IMG/VR virus record: IMGVR_UViG_3300045988_113737
Reading direction: 5' to 3' (one strand)
DNA length: 46,747 nucleotides
Source of the DNA: a virus
Under the pieces are notes generated by a model. That model saw only the letters and a program-made list of their open reading frames with translations, did not search any database and was not told where the DNA came from. Numbering within the stretch: position 1 is the first letter of the stretch; each line of letters opens with the position of its first letter. This document shows positions 33,637 through 43,300 of this stretch, piece after piece. The translations under genes and the position numbers were made by a program.

Positions 33637-33935
33637 AGAGATAACCCCCTCTCGATTGCCGCCGCAATAGCGTCCACATCGGCCTGTTCTGCCTTGCCTT
33701 TAAGAATGGCCTCTTGCTCCTTCTGGTAGGCAACCTCGCTGATCGTGGTCACGCTCACGGTTTCTTTTCCTTCCAGTTCACTCCTACCCTCAATGTGGTA
33801 CACAGACCCCTCGATCACAATGCCGTGTGCCTGTTCCTCTGTGCATAGGCCGTAGCACCCGTTGTTCTGCATTTTGACCCACACAGGGGTTGTCACCGTT
33901 GCCAGAGGTGTTCCATCTTTGAGAATTCGATACAT
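33633..33935 (-). CDS. Hypothetical protein (100 aa)
   Basis: Track ORF. Overlaps the low-complexity 3' tail of the RT ORF. Confidence 0.5.
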   Translation of the reverse strand: MYRILKDGTPLATVTTPVWVKMQNNGCYGLCTEEQAHGIVIEGSVYHIEGRSELEGKETVSVTTISEVAYQKEQEAILKGKAEQADVDAIAAAIERGLSL

Positions 33936-35079
33936 TTCTTTCCCAGCCTTTCTTGTTCGGATAGAAGCCGAACATGAATTTGAAATACTGATTGGTGTTC
34001 TCTCGCACCTTAAAACTGTTTCCTCGCTTCATGTGCCCGTGATAACTCTCTACGGAACTCCGAATGTCCGCAACCGTCATCTCACCTCTTTCCCACTTTC
34101 CATGAAAGGTTCGCAGCTTACGCCGAATGATCTTGGTAGAGTCAGGGTTCATCTTCAAAATGACCTTGCCGCTCGAGGTGAGAATGAATTTGGTCTTCAA
34201 CCACCGGTAGAAATCAGCCAGCGGAATAACCCGAGTTTTCTTCCAATTTAGCCGCAGACCTAACTTCCGGGTCATCTCTTCCAGCCCAAACATTCCTTCG
34301 GTTCTGAGAAAATCAATGTCCTCATGAATGGCATATCCATCGTCCATATACCGGGCGTAGCCTTTAATACGAAGTTTTTCCTTGAAATAGTGGTCAATCG
34401 GACTTGGAAGAAGCAGGGCATTTGTCTGAGAGATTTGACTTCCAAGCCCTAAGCCCACTGGCCCGAAATCCGCAATGAAGCTGTCATGCAGGGAGCGTAC
34501 ACGGTCATCATGGAGCCGCCGCTTTGCTTCCGCAGCTAAGGGGTCATGTGGTGCTTCATCGAAATAACTCTTGAAGTCAAAAATCAGAATGCCACCGGCC
34601 AGACCATGTTTCCGATAGTGCTTCTGCAAGTGGCAGATCATACGCCGCAGGGCGAAGTCCATACCACGGTGTTTCAAACTGGCCGAGTTGTCATAGATGA
34701 AAGAAGATGAATAAATCGGAACAATGCAGTAATCGCACAGGCACTTTTGCACGGCCCGTTCTGTGATATGGACAGAGCGGATATACCGTTTCTTACCACG
34801 CTCCATGATGGTGAACTCATGGAAGCCACGGTGGTAGAAATTACCCTCGTTCAGCGATCTCGCTGTCAGGGCAATGTTCGGGATGATATTGCCGATATAG
34901 CGTTGTGTAGAAGATTTCCAATAAACACCTTTACAGCACTTCTTTCCCGAAAGATATAGGTGTCGAAAAGAAAAGACCTCTTCAAAATCCCCACAGGCCA
35001 TACTTCGCTTTCTGCGAGCCTCTTCCCGTTTGGCCTTTCTTCTTTGATAACGGATTTCTCTTCTCTCCGCACTGGTCAT
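33790..35079 (-). CDS. DGR reverse transcriptase
   Basis: LGSQISQ (LGxxxSQ) and YMDD motifs. Start MTSAERRE after GGAGGG. Immediately downstream of TR. Confidence 0.9.
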   Translation of the reverse strand: MTSAERREIRYQRRKAKREEARRKRSMACGDFEEVFSFRHLYLSGKKCCKGVYWKSSTQRYIGNIIPNIALTARSLNEGNFYHRGFHEFTIMERGKKRYIRSVHITERAVQKCLCDYCIVPIYSSSFIYDNSASLKHRGMDFALRRMICHLQKHYRKHGLAGGILIFDFKSYFDEAPHDPLAAEAKRRLHDDRVRSLHDSFIADFGPVGLGLGSQISQTNALLLPSPIDHYFKEKLRIKGYARYMDDGYAIHEDIDFLRTEGMFGLEEMTRKLGLRLNWKKTRVIPLADFYRWLKTKFILTSSGKVILKMNPDSTKIIRRKLRTFHGKWERGEMTVADIRSSVESYHGHMKRGNSFKVRENTNQYFKFMFGFYPNKKGWERNVSNSQRWNTSGNGDNPCVGQNAEQRVLRPMHRGTGTRHCDRGVCVPH

Positions 35080-35342
35080 GAAAAAGATTTCCCTCCGTAC
35101 AGTATGATTGTGGGGTACGGGTTCTAACTGCGTAGTAATACCAGCCATGAAATGAGCTACCGTACAATCACTCACCATGCAAGAAGCGTCCGGCTGATTA
35201 CATCGGAGTGCCCCTTTCGGGGAGGGCGCATTTCAAACGATGTGCCCGGAAGTTTTAGCCAATAGGCAGGGTACAAGTCCTCCCTCTGCAAAAGGTACTG
35301 ATTTCACCCAATGGGGTTACTACGACTGACCTATACGAAGTT

Positions 35343-35473
35343 GCAGAGTCCGAAGGACACACCATTCGAGTTGCTGGCGTTGTTATTGTTGGCGTTACCC
35401 GAGTTGTTCACATTGCAGAAATTGTTGGTGTTGTCGCTATTAGGCGAACGCTCCCACCAGTTGTTCGCAGAAC
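35343..35473 (-). repeat. DGR template repeat (TR)
   Basis: 131 nt homologous to VR1 and VR2. Coding strand is rich in AAC/AAT. Followed by a structured spacer (ccccgaaagggg). Confidence 0.9.
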
Positions 35474-35512
35474 AGGCAAGGTTTAACAGGACTTGACCCA
35501 TATTAGAGAAAA

Positions 35513-35941
35513 CTAATCAGGAAGGTCTTTATACCTTTTCCGATCAGATTTCTTCACACTGGAAATCAGCTTGGCTTCATCTACGATATACTCTCCGAAC
35601 TCCTGAATAGCGTGGTCAATCCAAGGGTACTTTTCTGGGTTTTGGAGAATAGCGTCATAGAGAAGGGCTAACTTCGGACTGAGGTTTTGCAGGGCAATAT
35701 TGGCTCTGGTAAGACAGTCCCGGCGCATTTGTGCTTCATGCTTGTTTGTGGGGTAGATGTTATTGGCCGCTCTCACCTCGTCATGAACCGTAGAACACAG
35801 GTGCATGATCGGATAGAGAAGGTATGGGCCGTACCTTTTCGGTGCTTTGGTGACTACGGAGAAAGCGTGAAGTTCCAATCTCCTTGCGGTTTCAATGAAC
35901 TGCACATTGCTTTCTCCCCGCATAAATTTTGGGACTGACAT
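35513..35941 (-). CDS. avd: Accessory variability determinant (Avd-like four-helix-bundle protein)
   Basis: 142-aa helical basic protein between the target gene and TR, the canonical DGR position. Confidence 0.7.
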   Translation of the reverse strand: MSVPKFMRGESNVQFIETARRLELHAFSVVTKAPKRYGPYLLYPIMHLCSTVHDEVRAANNIYPTNKHEAQMRRDCLTRANIALQNLSPKLALLYDAILQNPEKYPWIDHAIQEFGEYIVDEAKLISSVKKSDRKRYKDLPD

Positions 35942-35955
35942 TTTACCCTCCTACA

Positions 35956-35973
35956 CCGCCCCTTCCGGGGCGG
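35956..35973 (-). promoter_or_regulatory. GC hairpin downstream of VR1
   Basis: ccgcccc-ttcc-ggggcgg, 20 nt past the stop codon. Identical to 25417..25434. Confidence 0.7.
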
Positions 35974-35992
35974 GATTTTTGTGGATGACAGA

Positions 35993-37138
35993 TTAAACGC
36001 AGAAGCCGAAGGACACACCATACGAGGAGCTGGCGGCGCTAAAGTTGGCGTCACCCGAGTTGTACACACTGCAGAAATAGTAGGTGTTGTCGCTACAAGG
36101 CGAACGCTCCCACCAGCTGTTCGCAGAACCATTGACCTTTTTGATCGTGGTGTTTCCAGCGGCATAATACTCATACTGAGTACCTTCACCAGCAAAAGAG
36201 TAGGTGGTAGCACCGAAAATCTCAATCTCAGACAGCAGGAACAACTTATCCTGAGTAGTCTGGATAGAAGAGGACTGATTGCCAGCGGAAGTCCGCTTAT
36301 TGACCGTCTTGATGACATTTCGCAGAGCCGCAGGGAGTTGACCCAGATAGGTACTCATACGGCTACGCATGGCAGAACTGTTCCAGCCACCGGCGTTCGT
36401 GTTAGAGCTGTTCATGTTTGCAGTCTGATTGAAGCAGTCCACAAGCTGGAAGGTGATACCGGCCATTCCACCAGAAGTCAACTGATCGTGGTCAAAGCCG
36501 ATAATCTGAACCTTGTAGTTCGTACCGTTAATGCTGACGGTCTTCTGATCGCCCACGGAGAAATAATTCTTGGCCTGTCCGAACTGAGAACACAGAGCGA
36601 TTTCAGACCAATCGGTCTGCTCCAAGGTGCCCGTGATATTGAAGGGGTAGACATACACAATGCCAATGACTTCCAGCGTATAGGTCTTGGTCTTCTGAGA
36701 GCCGCCGTAGGTGTATTTGATAGACCAATCTCCCAGCTCGGCGGGATAGAGAACGGCTTCTCCACCAGAGGCCACAGCGGAAAGAACAGTGTCCCCCTTG
36801 GTCATGGTGACGGTGGTGCCGTTATCGGCATAGACATGGCACTCAGCCGGAGAACCCTTCTGGCTCAGGGCGTAGAGAGCGTCATTCACCGTGGGGTCAG
36901 CCCCATCCAGTTCCAGTGCCGCTTTCGTAGTGTCATCCAGCAGATTTGCTTTACTCAGAGGTGTTCCCACCACATCACAACCGGCGTTTGCACCGGTGGT
37001 GTCGGTATTTAGAACAACATCTAAGTAGCCGTTTCCGGCGATCAGCTGTTGCCTCCATTCCTCGAAGGTAGCAGGCATATCGGAAGGTGCCCGAATAATA
37101 CTGGATTTTCCGTTGCCTTTGATGGTGGTGTCTTTCAT
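35993..37138 (-). CDS. DGR target protein 1 (tail fibre / receptor-binding candidate)
   Basis: Last gene of the tail module. C-terminus WWERSPCSDNTYYFCSVYNSGDANFSAASSSYGVSFGFCV is encoded by VR1. Confidence 0.85.
   Translation of the reverse strand: MKDTTIKGNGKSSIIRAPSDMPATFEEWRQQLIAGNGYLDVVLNTDTTGANAGCDVVGTPLSKANLLDDTTKAALELDGADPTVNDALYALSQKGSPAECHVYADNGTTVTMTKGDTVLSAVASGGEAVLYPAELGDWSIKYTYGGSQKTKTYTLEVIGIVYVYPFNITGTLEQTDWSEIALCSQFGQAKNYFSVGDQKTVSINGTNYKVQIIGFDHDQLTSGGMAGITFQLVDCFNQTANMNSSNTNAGGWNSSAMRSRMSTYLGQLPAALRNVIKTVNKRTSAGNQSSSIQTTQDKLFLLSEIEIFGATTYSFAGEGTQYEYYAAGNTTIKKVNGSANSWWERSPCSDNTYYFCSVYNSGDANFSAASSSYGVSFGFCV
35999..36129 (-). repeat. DGR variable repeat VR1
   Basis: Gap-free alignment to TR (offset 656). 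17 of 18 mismatches are at TR plus-strand T (coding-strand A). Confidence 0.9.
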
Positions 37139-37159
37139 AGCGTTTCATGTTCCTCCTTG

Positions 37160-37651
37160 TTATTGTCCGCAGTACCGAACCCCTGTGTAGGGGAAGGGAG
37201 CGGTTGTTTGTGTCACTCTGCTGTCGATCATGAAAAGCAACTGCTCAATGTCATTTGCCAGTTGATAGGTCATGTAGTCCATAGACCCAGGGACAGAAGG
37301 GGCATTTGCCGGTAGATTGAGTTTGGCTCTCAGTTTGGTCAGACAGGTCAGAAGATTGGAAATCTGACTCTGCGTGGGCCAATCTCCCACCGCCCAATCT
37401 ACCTTCGGGATAATGCTGTCATCATAGATAGCCAGGGCTTTCATGCGTTCTACCAGATAGGAGATTGCCTCCCCAATCCGGTTGAAATCGGTGTAGTTGT
37501 AAGCCCCTTTCATTCCGGCCATGTATTCTGCCTGTTCCTCCGAGGTGAGGGCGGAAAGCCCTCCCCCGGTCAGGATTTTGTTTTTCAGTTCAAATACACG
37601 GTCAACATCGGCTTGGGTTCTGTCGAAAATCAGATTATCAATTACACTCAT
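37160..37651 (-). CDS. Tail-associated hypothetical protein
   Basis: Track ORF between the tail-tip protein and the fibre gene. Confidence 0.55.
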   Translation of the reverse strand: MSVIDNLIFDRTQADVDRVFELKNKILTGGGLSALTSEEQAEYMAGMKGAYNYTDFNRIGEAISYLVERMKALAIYDDSIIPKVDWAVGDWPTQSQISNLLTCLTKLRAKLNLPANAPSVPGSMDYMTYQLANDIEQLLFMIDSRVTQTTAPFPYTGVRYCGQ

Positions 37652-39897
37652 ATCAAGCCTTTCACCGTCATCTTTCCGCTCAGAGAGCCGTCAAAAGTGA
37701 TTTCGTCCACCAAGATCAGAGCGTCCATTTCATCAGTGTAGAGGGTCTGCAAGCCGATAATGTCACCCACTTCCATTTCCGGGTTTCCCCGGTAACTGGC
37801 CTCATAGGTGTTCCGCATTTGCAGATAACTCTTTACATGATTGGCAAGAGCCTGGCACATCGTATCATTGGTGATAAGGGGATTTTCCTCCTTGTCGATC
37901 TCGCCGGACTGAGCAACGGGGTAGGAAACGACCACCGAATTCTCAGTCAGTGTTTTGCCTGTGATCGTTACGGTCTTAGTGCCGGAGGATAACACTAAGT
38001 CCGCAGCTCTGGCGTAGATATTGGAAGATACCAGTGTCCCACCAGATACAGAGATTTGAACATCTTGTGCAAGACCAGAGAACTCAACATGAAGCTCAGT
38101 TTCGGTGGTCGTTCCCTCATAAAGTGTGGAAGTGTCATTGGAGGCCGTGTAGGAATACCGAGCAACAGAAACAGATTTCAACTCGTCAATCTTGGAAATC
38201 TTCTGGCTGTTCTCTCCAATGGAGGTAAAGTCCAGAGTGAAATCAGTTTCCCGGTAATAGACCTTTGTGACTCGGCCTCTCCGGTAGGGGAGGTTCCCGA
38301 TCATGGTCACTTCAATTTTGGTACACTCGATTGCCAGATTGGAGGACACATACACTTCCACGGAGTCAATAGCTGCGGTTTGGGTATCAAGCAGAGTATC
38401 ATCGTGGTAATATTTCACCTGAACCGCACCGGGAAATTCATTGAGTACCGTATCAAAGCGAATTGCCAAGACCGGGAGATCGTGAGGCACATCGAAGGTC
38501 TTTGTAAAGACCGGAGGATTTGTGAAAGACCCGTCCGCTCCGGTCATGGCCTCACTGATATAACCTCTCTGACCGGCATTGCTGTCGGGAAGAATGATCT
38601 GACTGTCACCACCCAGCGTCCACCGGTTCAACTCGAAAGTGGCGTAGGTATTCTCTGCTGTGTTGCCCTTATCAATCGTGTCCCACTCACTGAACCAAAC
38701 ATGGCCGTTGTCGGCCCATACGCCGTTGTATATGCCGATGACCGTGACTCCGAATGGTCTGATATGGATGATATTGTCATCGTCCGTATAGAGGCGGCAA
38801 CAAGCCGCATGAGCGATCAGCTGCAAGCAGTTCATGTGAGTGTCGATGGGGAGAGCCGCCGTAGTGAACATATCCTTTAAGGCTTCATCAATCTCCCAAG
38901 GATTTGTCCCCTGCTCCGTCAGGGTCAACCCTGCGTCTAAAAGAACCTCTTCGGCCATGTTGTAAAGGCTCTTGGAACCCAGCTTACTCTTGTAGAAAGT
39001 TCCGGTCAGACTCCCGATCAGGCCGGTGCCGTTGAAGGTGGCTTGATTGTTCTGTGCGCTTGGCTTGGCATTCAACACATAATTATCCGGCTTCAACCAC
39101 TCCACAGAGCCGTCCGGTAACTCATAGCCAAATTGGATTTCAATGGGAGAATTCTTATCCACATAGGCATAGATACCAGCCGGGTTGTCGGGGTCGTACT
39201 TGTGTTCATAATCCAAGATCGTGAACTGCATTGTTTCTGTCGGCAACCTCCGGCTCAGAGGGTCAACATCATGTTTCTGCTGAGTGGAAACAATATCCTT
39301 GTTCACGAACTGGACATTCAGGCCGTAAAGCACATTCTCCAAACGGGGTCTGCGATAGGGTAAGCACCGGTCAAAGGTGATTGTCACCTTGTCTACCTCC
39401 GTGGCCGTGGTGCTGATCGTGGTCTGAACACTGGTAATGGAAACCGTCTGAGTGTCCACTACTTCTCCATTCAGGTAGAAATCAGCAGTCACTTCCAGCG
39501 GCCATTCCTGCTGTCTGGTGTCAAAGGTCAAGGTTAAGCCGGGGAATATATGCTTTAGGGAGAACTCCCGTGTAATGACAGGAGGGGTACTGAAATTTCC
39601 ATCAGCGTCACTCATGAGGCTCGAAATAAAGCCGTCCTGCACATCCTCCCCGGTAGGGACGATCAGGGTCTTGCCGTCCAAAGCCCAGCGGTTTAACTCT
39701 AAAGCGGCATAGGTATCTCCGTACTGATAGGCGTAATCCACCGTTTCAAATTCGGAGATACTTGCCGCACCATTGCTTTCCCACTCACCGTCCGTAGCTG
39801 CGGTGGTGTCCACATTGCCGAAGGTGATACGAACATAGGAACGGTTTCGGAGCATGGCTTTCATGCTGGCCTTATAAGCGTTGCTGACAGATTTCAT
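37648..39897 (-). CDS. Large tail-tip/baseplate protein with internal duplication
   Basis: 749 aa downstream of the tape measure gene. Duplicated module NRW(A/T)L.G...G(F/Y)IS..M..ADG.F..PPV. Confidence 0.6.
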   Translation of the reverse strand: MKSVSNAYKASMKAMLRNRSYVRITFGNVDTTAATDGEWESNGAASISEFETVDYAYQYGDTYAALELNRWALDGKTLIVPTGEDVQDGFISSLMSDADGNFSTPPVITREFSLKHIFPGLTLTFDTRQQEWPLEVTADFYLNGEVVDTQTVSITSVQTTISTTATEVDKVTITFDRCLPYRRPRLENVLYGLNVQFVNKDIVSTQQKHDVDPLSRRLPTETMQFTILDYEHKYDPDNPAGIYAYVDKNSPIEIQFGYELPDGSVEWLKPDNYVLNAKPSAQNNQATFNGTGLIGSLTGTFYKSKLGSKSLYNMAEEVLLDAGLTLTEQGTNPWEIDEALKDMFTTAALPIDTHMNCLQLIAHAACCRLYTDDDNIIHIRPFGVTVIGIYNGVWADNGHVWFSEWDTIDKGNTAENTYATFELNRWTLGGDSQIILPDSNAGQRGYISEAMTGADGSFTNPPVFTKTFDVPHDLPVLAIRFDTVLNEFPGAVQVKYYHDDTLLDTQTAAIDSVEVYVSSNLAIECTKIEVTMIGNLPYRRGRVTKVYYRETDFTLDFTSIGENSQKISKIDELKSVSVARYSYTASNDTSTLYEGTTTETELHVEFSGLAQDVQISVSGGTLVSSNIYARAADLVLSSGTKTVTITGKTLTENSVVVSYPVAQSGEIDKEENPLITNDTMCQALANHVKSYLQMRNTYEASYRGNPEMEVGDIIGLQTLYTDEMDALILVDEITFDGSLSGKMTVKGLI

Positions 39898-39911
39898 GCT
39901 CCTATCCCTCC

Positions 39912-40295
39912 TTAGAGCGGTTCGCCGCAGTCAATGAGATTGACTTTACAGTTAATGTAGTCAATGGGTAATTGTGTCACAGGGTCAAGGTGGAACGGCT
40001 CTGCGGTACGATCTCCGGGGTACATCTTCCGGGTAGTCCATGTGTTGTTCACCATGTCCGGGTAACTGACTGTTACATAGAAATTGGAGAACTCTTTCAA
40101 AATAGCCGACCACTGTTCCGCAGTCAGATAAGCCCATTCCAAATTGTTTAACTTCTGCTGTTCACGGCCTACTACCTGTCCTACTACCACGGCATTTGCA
40201 TTCCGGGCAGAGTCCACTATGGTAGCGACCATCATTTCTAAGCCCCTTCGGGGGCAGGGATAATCACGACCGTTGATCTTGATGAAAGAAGCCAT
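39912..40295 (-). CDS. Tail protein (distal-tail position)
   Basis: 127-aa ORF immediately after the tape measure gene. Confidence 0.5.
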   Translation of the reverse strand: MASFIKINGRDYPCPRRGLEMMVATIVDSARNANAVVVGQVVGREQQKLNNLEWAYLTAEQWSAILKEFSNFYVTVSYPDMVNNTWTTRKMYPGDRTAEPFHLDPVTQLPIDYINCKVNLIDCGEPL

Positions 40296-40309
40296 ATATC
40301 CCTACCCCC

Positions 40310-43300
40310 TTAGTAAGCGTTCGAGAATGCTCCGCTGTTCACACGGACACCTCTGTTTCTGCTGTACCGGTCATAAGACCGGCCAATCACATCATCACCG
40401 ATGGACACCGACAAATCCTTGTCCTCAATGAGGTTCATGAGTGCGTAGATAGCGGCGATCACGCCATCATTGGCAACGGTTACGCCTGCGGAGATACCTT
40501 CCACAATCTGTTCGTTATTGGCTACAACTGTTCTTCGCCCCATGGCACCGACCATCTCTGCTCCGGCCTCATTTGCGATAAAGAGCTGGCCTTCATCAAC
40601 GAAGCCACCAGTAGCAAGTCTTGGGATAGATACTTCCGGGATAAGATCAATGTGAATACCCAAAATTCCTACCAGACCGTTTATGAAGCTGATAACATTG
40701 TTGACGATACCAATTACACCGTTAATGAAATTCTCGAATAACCCAAGTCCTCCATTAACGAAGCCTTTGAAAACAGCTGTAATGCCGTCAAGCATTTGCT
40801 GGATTTTATCTGCAAAGAAATCCCAATTTAGTGCTACCGATGTGGCCATTGTTGCGGCACCTGCTAAAAGGAGGCCGATACCGAGAGGTAATCCAACACC
40901 GGTCACAATTAGCATGAGGCCGAGTGCAACTAATGCTCCACCAGCGGCAATTCCGATTTCTTTCAGAACATTTTTGATTGTAGTCAGAATGTAGTTCCAG
41001 TTCAGAGCCACACCCGCCGCAAGAGTGGCGGCACCAGCGGCAATCAAACCGATACCGAGAGGTAGGGCACCTCCGCTTAATGTCAGCATGACACCGAGAG
41101 CCAGTAAAGCGGCACCAGCGGCAATTCCAATTTCTTGCAAAATTGTTTTTACCGTAGTGACTACAAATGTCCAGTCAACCACAGCCGCAGTAACCAGTGA
41201 AATAGCACCAGCCGCCATAAGAGCCAGACCGAGAGGAAGGTTTACACCTCCAAAAGTCAGTAACGCACCAACAGCCAGCATTGCGCCTCCGACAATAGCA
41301 GTCAGCGTTCCCAAAACGGTAGACATGGTATCATTCGTAGACTGCCAATTTACGGTTGCCGAAGTCACAAGGCTTACAGCACCAGCCGCTAAGAGAGCAA
41401 GACCAAGAGGCAAACTTACTCCGGTAAACACAAAGAGCGCACCCAAAGCAAGCAATGCACCGCTTACCATACCAGTAAGAGTGCCAATGATTGTTCCGAT
41501 CTGTTCATTCATGCCGTTCCAATTCAAGGCCGCAGAGCCTACAATCGAAATAGCACCAGCCGCCATAAGTGCAATGCCAAGGGGAACGCTCCCTCCACTA
41601 AACGCCAAAAGTGCGCCTACTGCTAAAAGGGAACCCCCTACGATAGCGGTCAGAGTGGCAAGTGCGTCCTTTAACGGTGTGTCGCTTGCGTGCCAGTTCA
41701 CAGCTACCGCAGTAACAAGGCTTACTGCTCCAACCGCCATTAAAGCAATGCCAAGAGGTACATTTGCCCCTGTAAATGTCAGAAGCGCACCAAGAGCAAG
41801 GAAGAAGCCTCCCAGCATACCGGTAATCGTAGCAAGAGTGCTTGCCAGTTGACCGTTCATGCTCCCCCAATTTGCAGAAATCGTACCGACAAGGCCAGCT
41901 GCTCCCATGACCATAAGCCCCAATCCAAGAGGAATATTTGCACCGGTCAAAACCATAATTGTTCCGATAGCCAAGGAAAAGCCGGAAACCACAGCGGTTA
42001 TATCCGCAAGGCTATTCTCAATCATGGCTTTAATTTCACCGACTCGTGTTTGAATTGCTTCCCCGATAAAGTCATACTCGGGAAGCTCGAAATCAAAGCC
42101 GTTACCGCCTCCGGCCCCAACACCGGAACCGGCACTTCCGCTATCAGGAGAAAACACATTCAGTTCATCAAACCCAGCGGTGTACTGCTTCAACTTCTTA
42201 GCCGCTCCCGCAGCTTCATCAAGACTGTCGGCCATGCTACCGGCTCCGCTGGCTCCTGCCGTGATACCGGAGTAATCAACCTCAGTTAACTCGAACCCAA
42301 ACAGAGAGGCGATTGCGTCAGCGATCTCCCGGATAACTTCAACAACAGCGATTGCATAGGGAAGAATAGCATTCAGAGCCGGGATGAAGATATTGCCGAT
42401 GGATCGTGCCGCCATATTAAATTGAGCGGACAGAATACGAAGCTGATTGGCAGGGGACTCCAAGGTTCTTGCCAAATCCCCCTGGGCGGTAGTCACCTGA
42501 GTCATGATAGCGTAGTACCGCAACTCGGCCTTTTCAGCCTGAGTCATGGACATAACGCTCTTATCAATTCCCAGGGACAGGGCAACGGCTTCCAACCGGG
42601 CCTGAGAGAGATCGTAACCCAACCGGCGTAACGGCTCCAACTCACCGGAGATACCGGACTGTAACTTCTGCATTGCGTCCTCAACAGAAATGTTGAAGAA
42701 AGAGGATAGGTCATAACCCAGCTGAGTCAGGTTCTTACTCATAAGGGCCGCTCTCTCCGCCGTGTCACCAAAACCGGTCAGAAGGGTATTGAACACACCC
42801 TGATTTCTAATCCAGTCAGATAGGTCAATACCAAGAACCTCACTTACGGCCTGTCCGTAGTCAAAGGCTTCCTGAACATATTCACCCATAGCCACAGTGA
42901 ACAGGTTCAAATTCTCCTGATACTCATTGGACTTTGTGATAGCCGTGCCGATCATAGAGGCCAACCGACTTAGGCCATAAATCATCGTGCCGAATTTCAG
43001 GCCGTTTGCTACTTTGTTCCATGCGCTGGTACTATTGGTAGCCCGTCTGACTGTTCCGTTATACTGCTCCGTGCTTCTAATCAGCCTTTGAATTCTCGAA
43101 GGGAACGCAGAGAAGCCATTGGACACTTTCTGCATTTCATCCGCAAAGGGCTTCATAGCTGCGGCCAATTCTTTCATCTGCTGGGTAAACTTATCAATAT
43201 CAGCCTTTTCCAATTCCTCAATCACGGTAGGGAGCTTTTTGAGCTGATTGATAAAGGTGGTCATATTGGCCTTACCCAACTCAGACAGGGGGCGCAGACC

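Noticed and set aside
33790-35079. Retron or group II intron interpretation of the reverse transcriptase
   Set aside because: The adjacent TR with two adenine-mutagenised VR copies, the Avd-like gene and the LGxxxSQ motif fit a DGR. No msr/msd-like inverted repeats or intron RNA domains (domain V/VI-like) were seen flanking the ORF.
35311-35496. 61-aa plus-strand ORF over the template repeat, and the idea that TR is part of a coding gene
   Set aside because: It is antisense to the TR, has no RBS, and sits in the canonical non-coding avd-TR-RT position.
40814-42001. CRISPR array or other non-coding tandem repeat
   Set aside because: The 174-nt periodicity lies inside one uninterrupted 1117-codon ORF and is conserved at the protein level. 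No repeat-spacer architecture exists anywhere in the window.
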